A stretch of 64,000 bases of DNA, taken from positions 62,001 to 126,000 of the forward strand of contig JANHCV010000013.1 of assembly GCA_025594325.1 (NCBI GenBank), read 5' to 3'. The DNA is from Blastocladiella emersonii ATCC 22665. Taxonomy: Eukaryota > Fungi > Blastocladiomycota. Positions 24,801 through 37,584 of the stretch are shown piece by piece. Each line of letters begins with the position of its first letter. The stretch's first letter is position 1. The notes under the pieces are model-generated. The model made no database searches, was not told the DNA's origin, and saw nothing but the letters and a program-made list of their open reading frames with translations. The translations under genes and the position numbers were made by a program.

Positions 24801-25016
24801 AGTTATTAGCTACCTCGTATGTCGTCTGAGAGGGGTTCAGCAGTCAATATACGACTGGTCTCCTCCTGGCTGGCAGCTCTGCTGTCCACTCCAAGTCCTG
24901 CATGATGATGGGCCAAGGAGGGTTACGAGCAGCTCCTCTGTCTATCCGCGTGAAACCACTCACCCGCTGACGGATGTACACCACGCACCGTGCAGCGCGC
25001 ACAGCGCACAGCGCCC
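21893..25016. repeat. Unit U8 (3124 bp, mosaic)
   Basis: Variants A22699, T23126 and A23208; G allele. Confidence 0.95.
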
Positions 25017-28000
25017 AACGCACCACGCGCTGCGCACACGGCGCAAACGGCCACCCTGGTGACACGCACACTCGCATGAACGGCAGGCATGCAAGGCGTC
25101 CTGAACTCAACGATGATATATCGTCTAGGTCTGCTCGCTCCAACGGGTGCGCCTGCCTGCCCTCCCTGTGCCATGGATTGATTGATTCATGTCCAGTGCT
25201 GCCCCCATGCTTGCTTTCATGGCCGCGGGGTCCGTCAGGACGCCTTGCAATGGGTGCGCCAACCCCTGTTGCCAGCCATGTGGCAAGAAACACCACAGCA
25301 CCTGCGTCGCCCTGGCCACCGTACCTTGCAAACAGCGTAGCAGCCGTACTGCTTCAGAGGGCTGCAGAGGGCTGGCTGCGGAGGGCTGAGGCGGCAGGGC
25401 TCCTCCTGCAGGAGACAGTGCTGGGGCCAAGGAGTTAGTGCTAGGGACTACTAACTGAATGGTGAATGACCCACACACCACATGCTCCTGGCAGGAGTGC
25501 GTGTGGGCGCGTGGGCCTGTGTCCGTGCGTGCCTGGATTAGTCCTCCATCACAAGTGACCAAGGTGACCAAGGTGACCAAGGTGACCAAGGTGACCAAGG
25601 TGACATGCAAGCACCAAGTTAGAGCGGCGGGGCAGCCATGGAAAGAAGGGCACAGGTACAAACTACCGTACCCTGGCCGCGGCCACTTGTCGCAGAACAG
25701 CCCTGCATGGCTCAGGACGCGGCGGGCGTTGGAGACAGGGTAGGTAGGTAGGTAGCAGCAGCAGCAGCAAGGAGCAGGACCTGGCTGGCAAACAACACAA
25801 GTGAAGGCGTGCGTGATGGAGTGAGAGAGTGTTGAATGAATGGATGGGTGGATGCGATGCAGACCAGCATACGTGTCGTGCGTCGTCCGGATTGGTCGGC
25901 GACCACCCGCCAATCCTGCGGCATGGCTGTGGGGGCGGCAGTGGTGGTAGTGGAGCTAGAGTGGTGTCGTGGGGCTGGTGGGGTCCCCTCTCCTTCCTGT
26001 CTCGCCTAGGTGGGTGGGCGGACGTAGCGCGCATGCGGGCGGGCAAGGTAGGAACGTTGTTCAAGCAATGGATCATGTACTTTATGGCATGTGATCTGCA
26101 AGACAGGGAGGGGGAGCGACTGTGTCTAATTTTGACCGAGGGACCTTGCTGCAGCCAACGTCTGGCCCAATCCGACCCTCCACAAATCGCAACATGCACG
26201 AAACAAATTAGCTGACGTTTGGGATGTACCAAACCAGCCACGTAGATAACTTTCATGGTACTCAAACAAGACCATACTCAAATCTTTGACTTCCTGCATG
26301 TCCAGCTAGCCAGGCTTCTGTAAATCACATTGATGACGCAACAAAATATCTGGCCATAAGAATATTGTAAACCAGCCACTCTGGCAATTGTCATGGCACT
26401 CAAACAAAACCATATTCAAATCTTCGACTTCCCGCATGCCCATGTGGGCAAGGACCTATAAATCACAGTATCGAACCAACAAAATATCTGACCATAGAAA
26501 CATAGTATACCAGCCACGAGGACAATTGTCATGGTACTCAAACAAAACCATATTCAAATCTTTGACTATTCACATGTCTAGCTGGTTGGCGACCCATAAA
26601 TCGTAACATTGGAGCAACAAAATATCTGACCACGGAAATACAGTAAACAAGCCCCGGAGATAATTGTCATGGTTCTCAAACAAAACCATATTCAGATCTT
26701 TGAATACCCCATGTCCAGGTGGTTGGGGGCCCAGAAATCGTAACATCGAACCAACAAAATATTTGACCATAGAAATATACTAAACCAGCCACGTACGTAA
26801 TTGTCGCGTTACTTAAACAAAACCATACTCAAAACTTTGACTTCCCGCATGTTCACCTAGCCAGGTACCCATAAATCACAGTATCGAGCCAACAAAAGAT
26901 CTGACAATGGAAATATAGTAAACCGGCCGCGGAGAGAATTCTCATGGTACTCAAATGAAACCATACTCAAATCTATGACTTCCCACATGTCCAGCTGGTT
27001 GAGGACCCATAAATCGTAACGTCAAAGCAACAATGTATCTGACCATGGGAATATAGTAAACGAGCCCCGGAGATAATTGTCATGGTACGCAAACAAAACC
27101 ATACTCAAGTCTATGCCTTCCCACATGTCCAGCTGGTTGGGGATCCATAAATCCCAGTATCGAACCAACAAGATATCTGACCATTGGACTATATGTAACC
27201 GATCCCGTAGGTAATTGTCATGATACCCAAACAAAACCATATTCAAATCTTTCACATCCCGCATGTCCAGCTAGCCAGGGACCCATAAATCACAGTATCC
27301 AACCAACAAAGTATCTGACCAAAGAAAGATCATAAACCAGCCACGCAGATAATTGTCATGGTATTCAAACAAAACCATACTCAAATCTTCGAATACCCGA
27401 TGTCCAGGTGGGCAAGGGCCTATACATCACAGTGTTGAACCAACAAAGTATCTGACGATCGGGATGTATCAAACCGGCCATGCTGATAATTGTCATGGTA
27501 CTCAAACATAATCATAGTCAAGTCTTCGAATATCCTCACGTCCACGTGGGCAAGGACCCAAAGCGCCAGGTATCCAAATCTACCCCGTTGTGCACACTCT
27601 CCATTATCCAAGTCTGTCATCCTACAATTTTGGAACCCGTCGGCAAAGCTCACGGTCCAATCAACGAACAACAGCCAACCTGCCAACCTGGCTACCTACC
27701 TGCCTACCTGCCTAGCTGGCTATCTGCCTACCTGCAAACCTGCCAACCTGCCCTACCTGCTAACCAAACACACACACCGCCTCGCAAGTCCTTGTGGGCC
27801 CGCGCTCTCTGGTTGCCGTCCCAGCCAACAAAGGAATGAATGATGAGCCCTGGCAGCCTGGCAGCCTGCCACACTGACAGCCTGGCAGCCTGCCACACTG
27901 ACAGCCTGGCAGCCTGCCACACTGACAGCCTGACAGCGCCCACCCAGTAGTTATTAGCTACCTCGTATGTCATCTGAGAGGGGTTCAGCAGTCAATATAC

Positions 28001-28164
28001 GACTGGTCTCCTCCTGGCTGGCAGCTCTGCTGTCCACTCCAAGTCCTGCATGATGATGGGCCAAGGAGCGTTACGAGCAGCTCCTCTGTCTATCCGCGTG
28101 AAACCACTCACCCGCTGACGGATGTACACCACGCACCGTGCAGCGCGCACAGCGCACAGCGCCC
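25017..28164. repeat. Unit U9 (3148 bp)
   Basis: 24-mer x3; A27972; C allele. Confidence 0.95.
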
Positions 28165-31100
28165 AACGCACCACGCGCTGCGCACACGGCGCAAACGGCC
28201 ACCCTGGTGACACGCACACTCGCATGAACGGCAGGCATGCAAGGCGTCCTGAACTCAACGATGATATATCGTCTAGGTCTGCTCGCTCCAACGGGTGCGC
28301 CTGCCTGCCCTCCCTGTGCCATGGATTGATTGATTCATGTCCAGTGCTGCCCCCATGCTTGCTTTCATGGCCGCGGGGTCCGTCAGGACGCCTTGCAATG
28401 GGTGCGCCAACCCCTGTTGCCAGCCATGTGGCAAGAAACACCACAGCACCTGCGTCGCCCTGGCCACCGTACCTTGCAAACAGCGTAGCAGCCGTACTGC
28501 TTCAGAGGGCTGCAGAGGGCTGGCTGCGGAGGGCTGAGGCGGCAGGGCTCCTCCTGCAGGAGACAGTGCTGGGGCCAAGGAGTTAGTGCTAGGGACTACT
28601 AACTGAATGGTGAATGACCCACACACCACATGCTCCTGGCAGGAGTGCGTGTGGGCGCGTGGGCCTGTGTCCGTGCGTGCCTGGATTAGTCCTCCATCAC
28701 AAGTGACCAAGGTGACCAAGGTGACCAAGGTGACCAAGGTGACCAAGGTGACATGCAAGCACCAAGTTAGAGCGGCGGGGCAGCCATGGAAAGAAGGGCA
28801 CAGGTACAAACTACCGTACCCTGGCCGCGGCCACTTGTCGCAGAACAGCCCTGCATGGCTCAGGACGCGGCGGGCGTTGGAGACAGGGTAGGTAGGTAGG
28901 TAGCAGCAGCAGCAGCAAGGAGCAGGACCTGGCTGGCAAACAACACAAGTGAAGGCGTGCGTGATGGAGTGAGAGAGTGTTGAATGAATGGATGGGTGGA
29001 TGCGATGCAGACCAGCATACGTGTCGTGCGTCGTCCGGATTGGTCGGCGACCACCCGCCAATCCTGCGGCATGGCTGTGGGGGCGGCAGTGGTGGTAGTG
29101 GAGCTAGAGTGGTGTCGTGGGGCTGGTGGGGTCCCCTCTCCTTCCTGTCTCGCCTAGGTGGGTGGGCGGACGTAGCGCGCATGCGGGCGGGCAAGGTAGG
29201 AACGTTGTTCAAGCAATGGATCATGTACTTTATGGCATGTGATCTGCAAGACAGGGAGGGGGAGCGACTGTGTCTAATTTTGACCGAGGGACCTTGCTGC
29301 AGCCAACGTCTGGCCCAATCCGACCCTCCACAAATCGCAACATGCACGAAACAAATTAGCTGACGTTTGGGATGTACCAAACCAGCCACGTAGATAACTT
29401 TCATGGTACTCAAACAAGACCATACTCAAATCTTTGACTTCCTGCATGTCCAGCTAGCCAGGCTTCTGTAAATCACATTGATGACGCAACAAAATATCTG
29501 GCCATAAGAATATTGTAAACCAGCCACTCTGGCAATTGTCATGGCACTCAAACAAAACCATATTCAAATCTTCGACTTCCCGCATGCCCATGTGGGCAAG
29601 GACCTATAAATCACAGTATCGAACCAACAAAATATCTGACCATAGAAACATAGTATACCAGCCACGAGGACAATTGTCATGGTACTCAAACAAAACCATA
29701 TTCAAATCTTTGACTATTCACATGTCTAGCTGGTTGGCGACCCATAAATCGTAACATTGGAGCAACAAAATATCTGACCACGGAAATACAGTAAACAAGC
29801 CCCGGAGATAATTGTCATGGTTCTCAAACAAAACCATATTCAGATCTTTGAATACCCCATGTCCAGGTGGTTGGGGGCCCAGAAATCGTAACATCGAACC
29901 AACAAAATATTTGACCATAGAAATATACTAAACCAGCCACGTACGTAATTGTCGCGTTACTTAAACAAAACCATACTCAAAACTTTGACTTCCCGCATGT
30001 TCACCTAGCCAGGTACCCATAAATCACAGTATCGAGCCAACAAAAGATCTGACAATGGAAATATAGTAAACCGGCCGCGGAGAGAATTCTCATGGTACTC
30101 AAATGAAACCATACTCAAATCTATGACTTCCCACATGTCCAGCTGGTTGAGGACCCATAAATCGTAACGTCAAAGCAACAATGTATCTGACCATGGGAAT
30201 ATAGTAAACGAGCCCCGGAGATAATTGTCATGGTACGCAAACAAAACCATACTCAAGTCTATGCCTTCCCACATGTCCAGCTGGTTGGGGATCCATAAAT
30301 CCCAGTATCGAACCAACAAGATATCTGACCATTGGACTATATGTAACCGATCCCGTAGGTAATTGTCATGATACCCAAACAAAACCATATTCAAATCTTT
30401 CACATCCCGCATGTCCAGCTAGCCAGGGACCCATAAATCACAGTATCCAACCAACAAAGTATCTGACCAAAGAAAGATCATAAACCAGCCACGCAGATAA
30501 TTGTCATGGTATTCAAACAAAACCATACTCAAATCTTCGAATACCCGATGTCCAGGTGGGCAAGGGCCTATACATCACAGTGTTGAACCAACAAAGTATC
30601 TGACGATCGGGATGTATCAAACCGGCCATGCTGATAATTGTCATGGTACTCAAACATAATCATAGTCAAGTCTTCGAATATCCTCACGTCCACGTGGGCA
30701 AGGACCCAAAGCGCCAGGTATCCAAATCTACCCCGTTGTGCACACTCTCCATTATCCAAGTCTGTCATCCTACAATTTTGGAACCCGTCGGCAAAGCTCA
30801 CGGTCCAATCAACGAACAACAGCCAACCTGCCAACCTGGCTACCTACCTGCCTACCTGCCTAGCTGGCTATCTGCCTACCTGCAAACCTGCCAACCTGCC
30901 CTACCTGCTAACCAAACACACACACCGCCTCGCAAGTCCTTGTGGGCCCGCGCTCTCTGGTTGCCGTCCCAGCCAACAAAGGAATGAATGATGAGCCCTG
31001 GCAGCCTGGCAGCCTGCCACACTGACAGCCTGGCAGCCTGCCACACTGACAGCCTGGCAGCCTGCCACACTGACAGCCTGACAGCGCCCACCCAGTAGTT

Positions 31101-31312
31101 ATTAGCTACCTCGTATGTCATCTGAGAGGGGTTCAGCAGTCAATATACGACTGGTCTCCTCCTGGCTGGCAGCTCTGCTGTCCACTCCAAGTCCTGCATG
31201 ATGATGGGCCAAGGAGGGTTACGAGCAGCTCCTCTGTCTATCCGCGTGAAACCACTCACCCGCTGACGGATGTACACCACGCACCGTGCAGCGCGCACAG
31301 CGCACAGCGCCC
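28165..31312. repeat. Unit U10 (3148 bp)
   Basis: 24-mer x3; A31120; G allele. Confidence 0.95.
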
Positions 31313-34300
31313 AACGCACCACGCGCTGCGCACACGGCGCAAACGGCCACCCTGGTGACACGCACACTCGCATGAACGGCAGGCATGCAAGGCGTCCTGA
31401 ACTCAACGATGATATATCGTCTAGGTCTGCTCGCTCCAACGGGTGCGCCTGCCTGCCCTCCCTGTGCCATGGATTGATTGATTCATGTCCAGTGCTGCCC
31501 CCATGCTTGCTTTCATGGCCGCGGGGTCCGTCAGGACGCCTTGCAATGGGTGCGCCAACCCCTGTTGCCAGCCATGTGGCAAGAAACACCACAGCACCTG
31601 CGTCGCCCTGGCCACCGTACCTTGCAAACAGCGTAGCAGCCGTACTGCTTCAGAGGGCTGCAGAGGGCTGGCTGCGGAGGGCTGAGGCGGCAGGGCTCCT
31701 CCTGCAGGAGACAGTGCTGGGGCCAAGGAGTTAGTGCTAGGGACTACTAACTGAATGGTGAATGACCCACACACCACATGCTCCTGGCAGGAGTGCGTGT
31801 GGGCGCGTGGGCCTGTGTCCGTGCGTGCCTGGATTAGTCCTCCATCACAAGTGACCAAGGTGACCAAGGTGACCAAGGTGACCAAGGTGACCAAGGTGAC
31901 ATGCAAGCACCAAGTTAGAGCGGCGGGGCAGCCATGGAAAGAAGGGCACAGGTACAAACTACCGTACCCTGGCCGCGGCCACTTGTCGCAGAACAGCCCT
32001 GCATGGCTCAGGACGCGGCGGGCGTTGGAGACAGGGTAGGTAGGTAGGTAGCAGCAGCAGCAGCAAGGAGCAGGACCTGGCTGGCAAACAACACAAGTGA
32101 AGGCGTGCGTGATGGAGTAAGAGAGTGTTGAATGAATGGATGGGTGGATGCGATGCAGACCAGCATACGTGTCGTGCGTCGTCCGGATTGGTCGGCGACC
32201 ACCCGCCAATCCTGCGGCATGGCTGTGGGGGCGGCAGTGGTGGTAGTGGAGCTAGAGTGGTGTCGTGGGGCTGGTGGGGTCCCCTCTCCTTCCTGTCTCG
32301 CCTAGGTGGGTGGGCGGACGTAGCGCGCATGCGGGCGGGCAAGGTAGGAACGTTGTTCAAGCAATGGATCATGTACTTTATGGCATGTGATCTGCAAGAC
32401 AGGGAGGGGGAGCGACTGTGTCTAATTTTGACCGAGGGACCTTGCTGCAGCCAACGTCTGGCCCAATCCGACCCTCCACAAATCGCAACATGCACGAAAC
32501 AAATTAGCTGACGTTTGGGATGTACCAAACCAGCCACGTAGATAACTTTCATGGTACTCAAACAAGACCATACTCAAATCTTTGACTTCCTGCATGTCCA
32601 GCTAGCCAGGCTTCTGTAAATCACATTGATGACGCAACAAAATATCTGGCCATAAGAATATTGTAAACCAGCCACTCTGGCAATTGTCATGGCACTCAAA
32701 CAAAACCATATTCAAATCTTCGACTTCCCGCATGCCCATGTGGGCAAGGACCTATAAATCACAGTATCGAACCAACAAAATATCTGACCATAGAAACATA
32801 GTATACCAGCCACGAGGACAATTGTCATGGTACTCAAACAAAACCATATTCAAATCTTTGACTATTCACATGTCTAGCTGGTTGGCGACCCATAAATCGT
32901 AACATTGGAGCAACAAAATATCTGACCACGGAAATACAGTAAACAAGCCCCGGAGATAATTGTCATGGTTCTCAAACAAAACCATATTCAGATCTTTGAA
33001 TACCCCATGTCCAGGTGGTTGGGGGCCCAGAAATCGTAACATCGAACCAACAAAATATTTGACCATAGAAATATACTAAACCAGCCACGTACGTAATTGT
33101 CGCGTTACTTAAACAAAACCATACTCAAAACTTTGACTTCCCGCATGTTCACCTAGCCAGGTACCCATAAATCACAGTATCGAGCCAACAAAAGATCTGA
33201 CAATGGAAATATAGTAAACCGGCCGCGGAGAGAATTCTCATGGTACTCAAATGAAACCATACTCAAATCTATGACTTCCCACATGTCCAGCTGGTTGAGG
33301 ACCCATAAATCGTAACGTCAAAGCAACAATGTATCTGACCATGGGAATATAGTAAACGAGCCCCGGAGATAATTGTCATGGTACGCAAACAAAACCATAC
33401 TCAAGTCTATGCCTTCCCACATGTCCAGCTGGTTGGGGATCCATAAATCCCAGTATCGAACCAACAAGATATCTGACCATTGGACTATATGTAACCGATC
33501 CCGTAGGTAATTGTCATGATACCCAAACAAAACCATATTCAAATCTTTCACATCCCGCATGTCCAGCTAGCCAGGGACCCATAAATCACAGTATCCAACC
33601 AACAAAGTATCTGACCAAAGAAAGATCATAAACCAGCCACGCAGATAATTGTCATGGTATTCAAACAAAACCATACTCAAATCTTCGAATACCCGATGTC
33701 CAGGTGGGCAAGGGCCTATACATCACAGTGTTGAACCAACAAAGTATCTGACGATCGGGATGTATCAAACCGGCCATGCTGATAATTGTCATGGTACTCA
33801 AACATAATCATAGTCAAGTCTTCGAATATCCTCACGTCCACGTGGGCAAGGACCCAAAGCGCCAGGTATCCAAATCTACCCCGTTGTGCACACTCTCCAT
33901 TATCCAAGTCTGTCATCCTACAATTTTGGAACCCGTCGGCAAAGCTCACGGTCCAATCAACGAACAACAGCCAACCTGCCAACCTGGCTACCTACCTGCC
34001 TACCTGCCTAGCTGGCTATCTGCCTACCTGCAAACCTGCCAACCTGCCCTACCTGCTAACCAAACACACACACCGCCTCGCAAGTCCTTGTGGGCCCGCG
34101 CTCTCTGGTTGCCGTCCCAGCCAACAAAGGAATGAATGATGAGCCCTGGCAGCCTGGCAGCCTGCCACACTGACAGCCTGGCAGCCTGCCACACTGACAG
34201 CCTGGCAGCCTGCCACACTGACAGCCTGACAGCGCCCACCCAGTAGTTATTAGCTACCTCGTATGTCGTCTGAGAGGGGTTCAGCAGTCAATATACGACT

Positions 34301-34460
34301 GGTCTCCTCCTGGCTGGCAGCTCTGCTGTCCACTCCAAGTCCTGCATGATGATGGGCCAAGGAGGGTTACGAGCAGCTCCTCTGTCTATCCGCGTGAAAC
34401 CACTCACCCGCTGACGGATGTACACCACGCACCGTGCAGCGCGCACAGCGCACAGCGCCC
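31313..34460. repeat. Unit U11 (3148 bp)
   Basis: A32119; 24-mer x3; G allele. Confidence 0.95.
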
Positions 34461-37400
34461 AACGCACCACGCGCTGCGCACACGGCGCAAACGGCCACCC
34501 TGGTGACACGCACACTCGCATGAACGGCAGGCATGCAAGGCGTCCTGAACTCAACGATGATATATCGTCTAGGTCTGCTCGCTCCAACGGGTGCGCCTGC
34601 CTGCCCTCCCTGTGCCATGGATTGATTGATTCATGTCCAGTGCTGCCCCCATGCTTGCTTTCATGGCCGCGGGGTCCGTCAGGACGCCTTGCAATGGGTG
34701 CGCCAACCCCTGTTGCCAGCCATGTGGCAAGAAACACCACAGCACCTGCGTCGCCCTGGCCACCGTACCTTGCAAACAGCGTAGCAGCCGTACTGCTTCA
34801 GAGGGCTGCAGAGGGCTGGCTGCGGAGGGCTGAGGCGGCAGGGCTCCTCCTGCAGGAGACAGTGCTGGGGCCAAGGAGTTAGTGCTAGGGACTACTAACT
34901 GAATGGTGAATGACCCACACACCACATGCTCCTGGCAGGAGTGCGTGTGGGCGCGTGGGCCTGTGTCCGTGCGTGCCTGGATTAGTCCTCCATCACAAGT
35001 GACCAAGGTGACCAAGGTGACCAAGGTGACCAAGGTGACCAAGGTGACATGCAAGCACCAAGTTAGAGCGGCGGGGCAGCCATGGAAAGAAGGGCACAGG
35101 TACAAACTACCGTACCCTGGCCGCGGCCACTTGTCGCAGAACAGCCCTGCATGGCTCAGGACGCGGCGGGCGTTGGAGACAGGGTAGGTAGGTAGGTAGC
35201 AGCAGCAGCAGCAAGGAGCAGGACCTGGCTGGCAAACAACACAAGTGAAGGCGTGCGTGATGGAGTAAGAGAGTGTTGAATGAATGGATGGGTGGATGCG
35301 ATGCAGACCAGCATACGTGTCGTGCGTCGTCCGGATTGGTCGGCGACCACCCGCCAATCCTGCGGCATGGCTGTGGGGGCGGCAGTGGTGGTAGTGGAGC
35401 TAGAGTGGTGTCGTGGGGCTGGTGGGGTCCCCTCTCCTTCCTGTCTCGCCTAGGTGGGTGGGCGGACGTAGCGCGCATGCGGGCGGGCAAGGTAGGAACG
35501 TTGTTCAAGCAATGGATCATGTACTTTATGGCATGTGATCTGCAAGACAGGGAGGGGGAGCGACTGTGTCTAATTTTGACCGAGGGACCTTGCTGCAGCC
35601 AACGTCTGGCCCAATCCGACCCTCCACAAATCGCAACATGCACGAAACAAATTAGCTGACGTTTGGGATGTACCAAACCAGCCACGTAGATAACTTTCAT
35701 GGTACTCAAACAAGACCATACTCAAATCTTTGACTTCCTGCATGTCCAGCTAGCCAGGCTTCTGTAAATCACATTGATGACGCAACAAAATATCTGGCCA
35801 TAAGAATATTGTAAACCAGCCACTCTGGCAATTGTCATGGCACTCAAACAAAACCATATTCAAATCTTCGACTTCCCGCATGCCCATGTGGGCAAGGACC
35901 TATAAATCACAGTATCGAACCAACAAAATATCTGACCATAGAAACATAGTATACCAGCCACGAGGACAATTGTCATGGTACTCAAACAAAACCATATTCA
36001 AATCTTTGACTATTCACATGTCTAGCTGGTTGGCGACCCATAAATCGTAACATTGGAGCAACAAAATATCTGACCACGGAAATACAGTAAACAAGCCCCG
36101 GAGATAATTGTCATGGTTCTCAAACAAAACCATATTCAGATCTTTGAATACCCCATGTCCAGGTGGTTGGGGGCCCAGAAATCGTAACATCGAACCAACA
36201 AAATATTTGACCATAGAAATATACTAAACCAGCCACGTACGTAATTGTCGCGTTACTTAAACAAAACCATACTCAAAACTTTGACTTCCCGCATGTTCAC
36301 CTAGCCAGGTACCCATAAATCACAGTATCGAGCCAACAAAAGATCTGACAATGGAAATATAGTAAACCGGCCGCGGAGAGAATTCTCATGGTACTCAAAT
36401 GAAACCATACTCAAATCTATGACTTCCCACATGTCCAGCTGGTTGAGGACCCATAAATCGTAACGTCAAAGCAACAATGTATCTGACCATGGGAATATAG
36501 TAAACGAGCCCCGGAGATAATTGTCATGGTACGCAAACAAAACCATACTCAAGTCTATGCCTTCCCACATGTCCAGCTGGTTGGGGATCCATAAATCCCA
36601 GTATCGAACCAACAAGATATCTGACCATTGGACTATATGTAACCGATCCCGTAGGTAATTGTCATGATACCCAAACAAAACCATATTCAAATCTTTCACA
36701 TCCCGCATGTCCAGCTAGCCAGGGACCCATAAATCACAGTATCCAACCAACAAAGTATCTGACCAAAGAAAGATCATAAACCAGCCACGCAGATAATTGT
36801 CATGGTATTCAAACAAAACCATACTCAAATCTTCGAATACCCGATGTCCAGGTGGGCAAGGGCCTATACATCACAGTGTTGAACCAACAAAGTATCTGAC
36901 GATCGGGATGTATCAAACCGGCCATGCTGATAATTGTCATGGTACTCAAACATAATCATAGTCAAGTCTTCGAATATCCTCACGTCCACGTGGGCAAGGA
37001 CCCAAAGCGCCAGGTATCCAAATCTACCCCGTTGTGCACACTCTCCATTATCCAAGTCTGTCATCCTACAATTTTGGAACCCGTCGGCAAAGCTCACGGT
37101 CCAATCAACGAACAACAGCCAACCTGCCAACCTGGCTACCTACCTGCCTACCTGCCTAGCTGGCTATCTGCCTACCTGCAAACCTGCCAACCTGCCCTAC
37201 CTGCTAACCAAACACACACACCGCCTCGCAAGTCCTTGTGGGCCCGCGCTCTCTGGTTGCCGTCCCAGCCAACAAAGGAATGAATGATGAGCCCTGGCAG
37301 CCTGGCAGCCTGCCACACTGACAGCCTGGCAGCCTGCCACACTGACAGCCTGACAGCGCCCACCCAGTAGTTATTAGCTACCTCGTATGTCGTCTGAGAG

Positions 37401-37584
37401 GGGTTCAGCAGTCAATATACGACTGGTCTCCTCCTGGCTGGCAGCTCTGCTGTCCACTCCAAGTCCTGCATGATGATGGGCCAAGGAGGGTTACGAGCAG
37501 CTCCTCTGTCTATCCGCGTGAAACCACTCACCCGCTGACGGATGTACACCACGCACCGTGCAGCGCGCACAGCGCACAGCGCCC
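34461..37584. repeat. Unit U12 (3124 bp)
   Basis: A35267; 24-mer x2; G allele. Confidence 0.95.
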
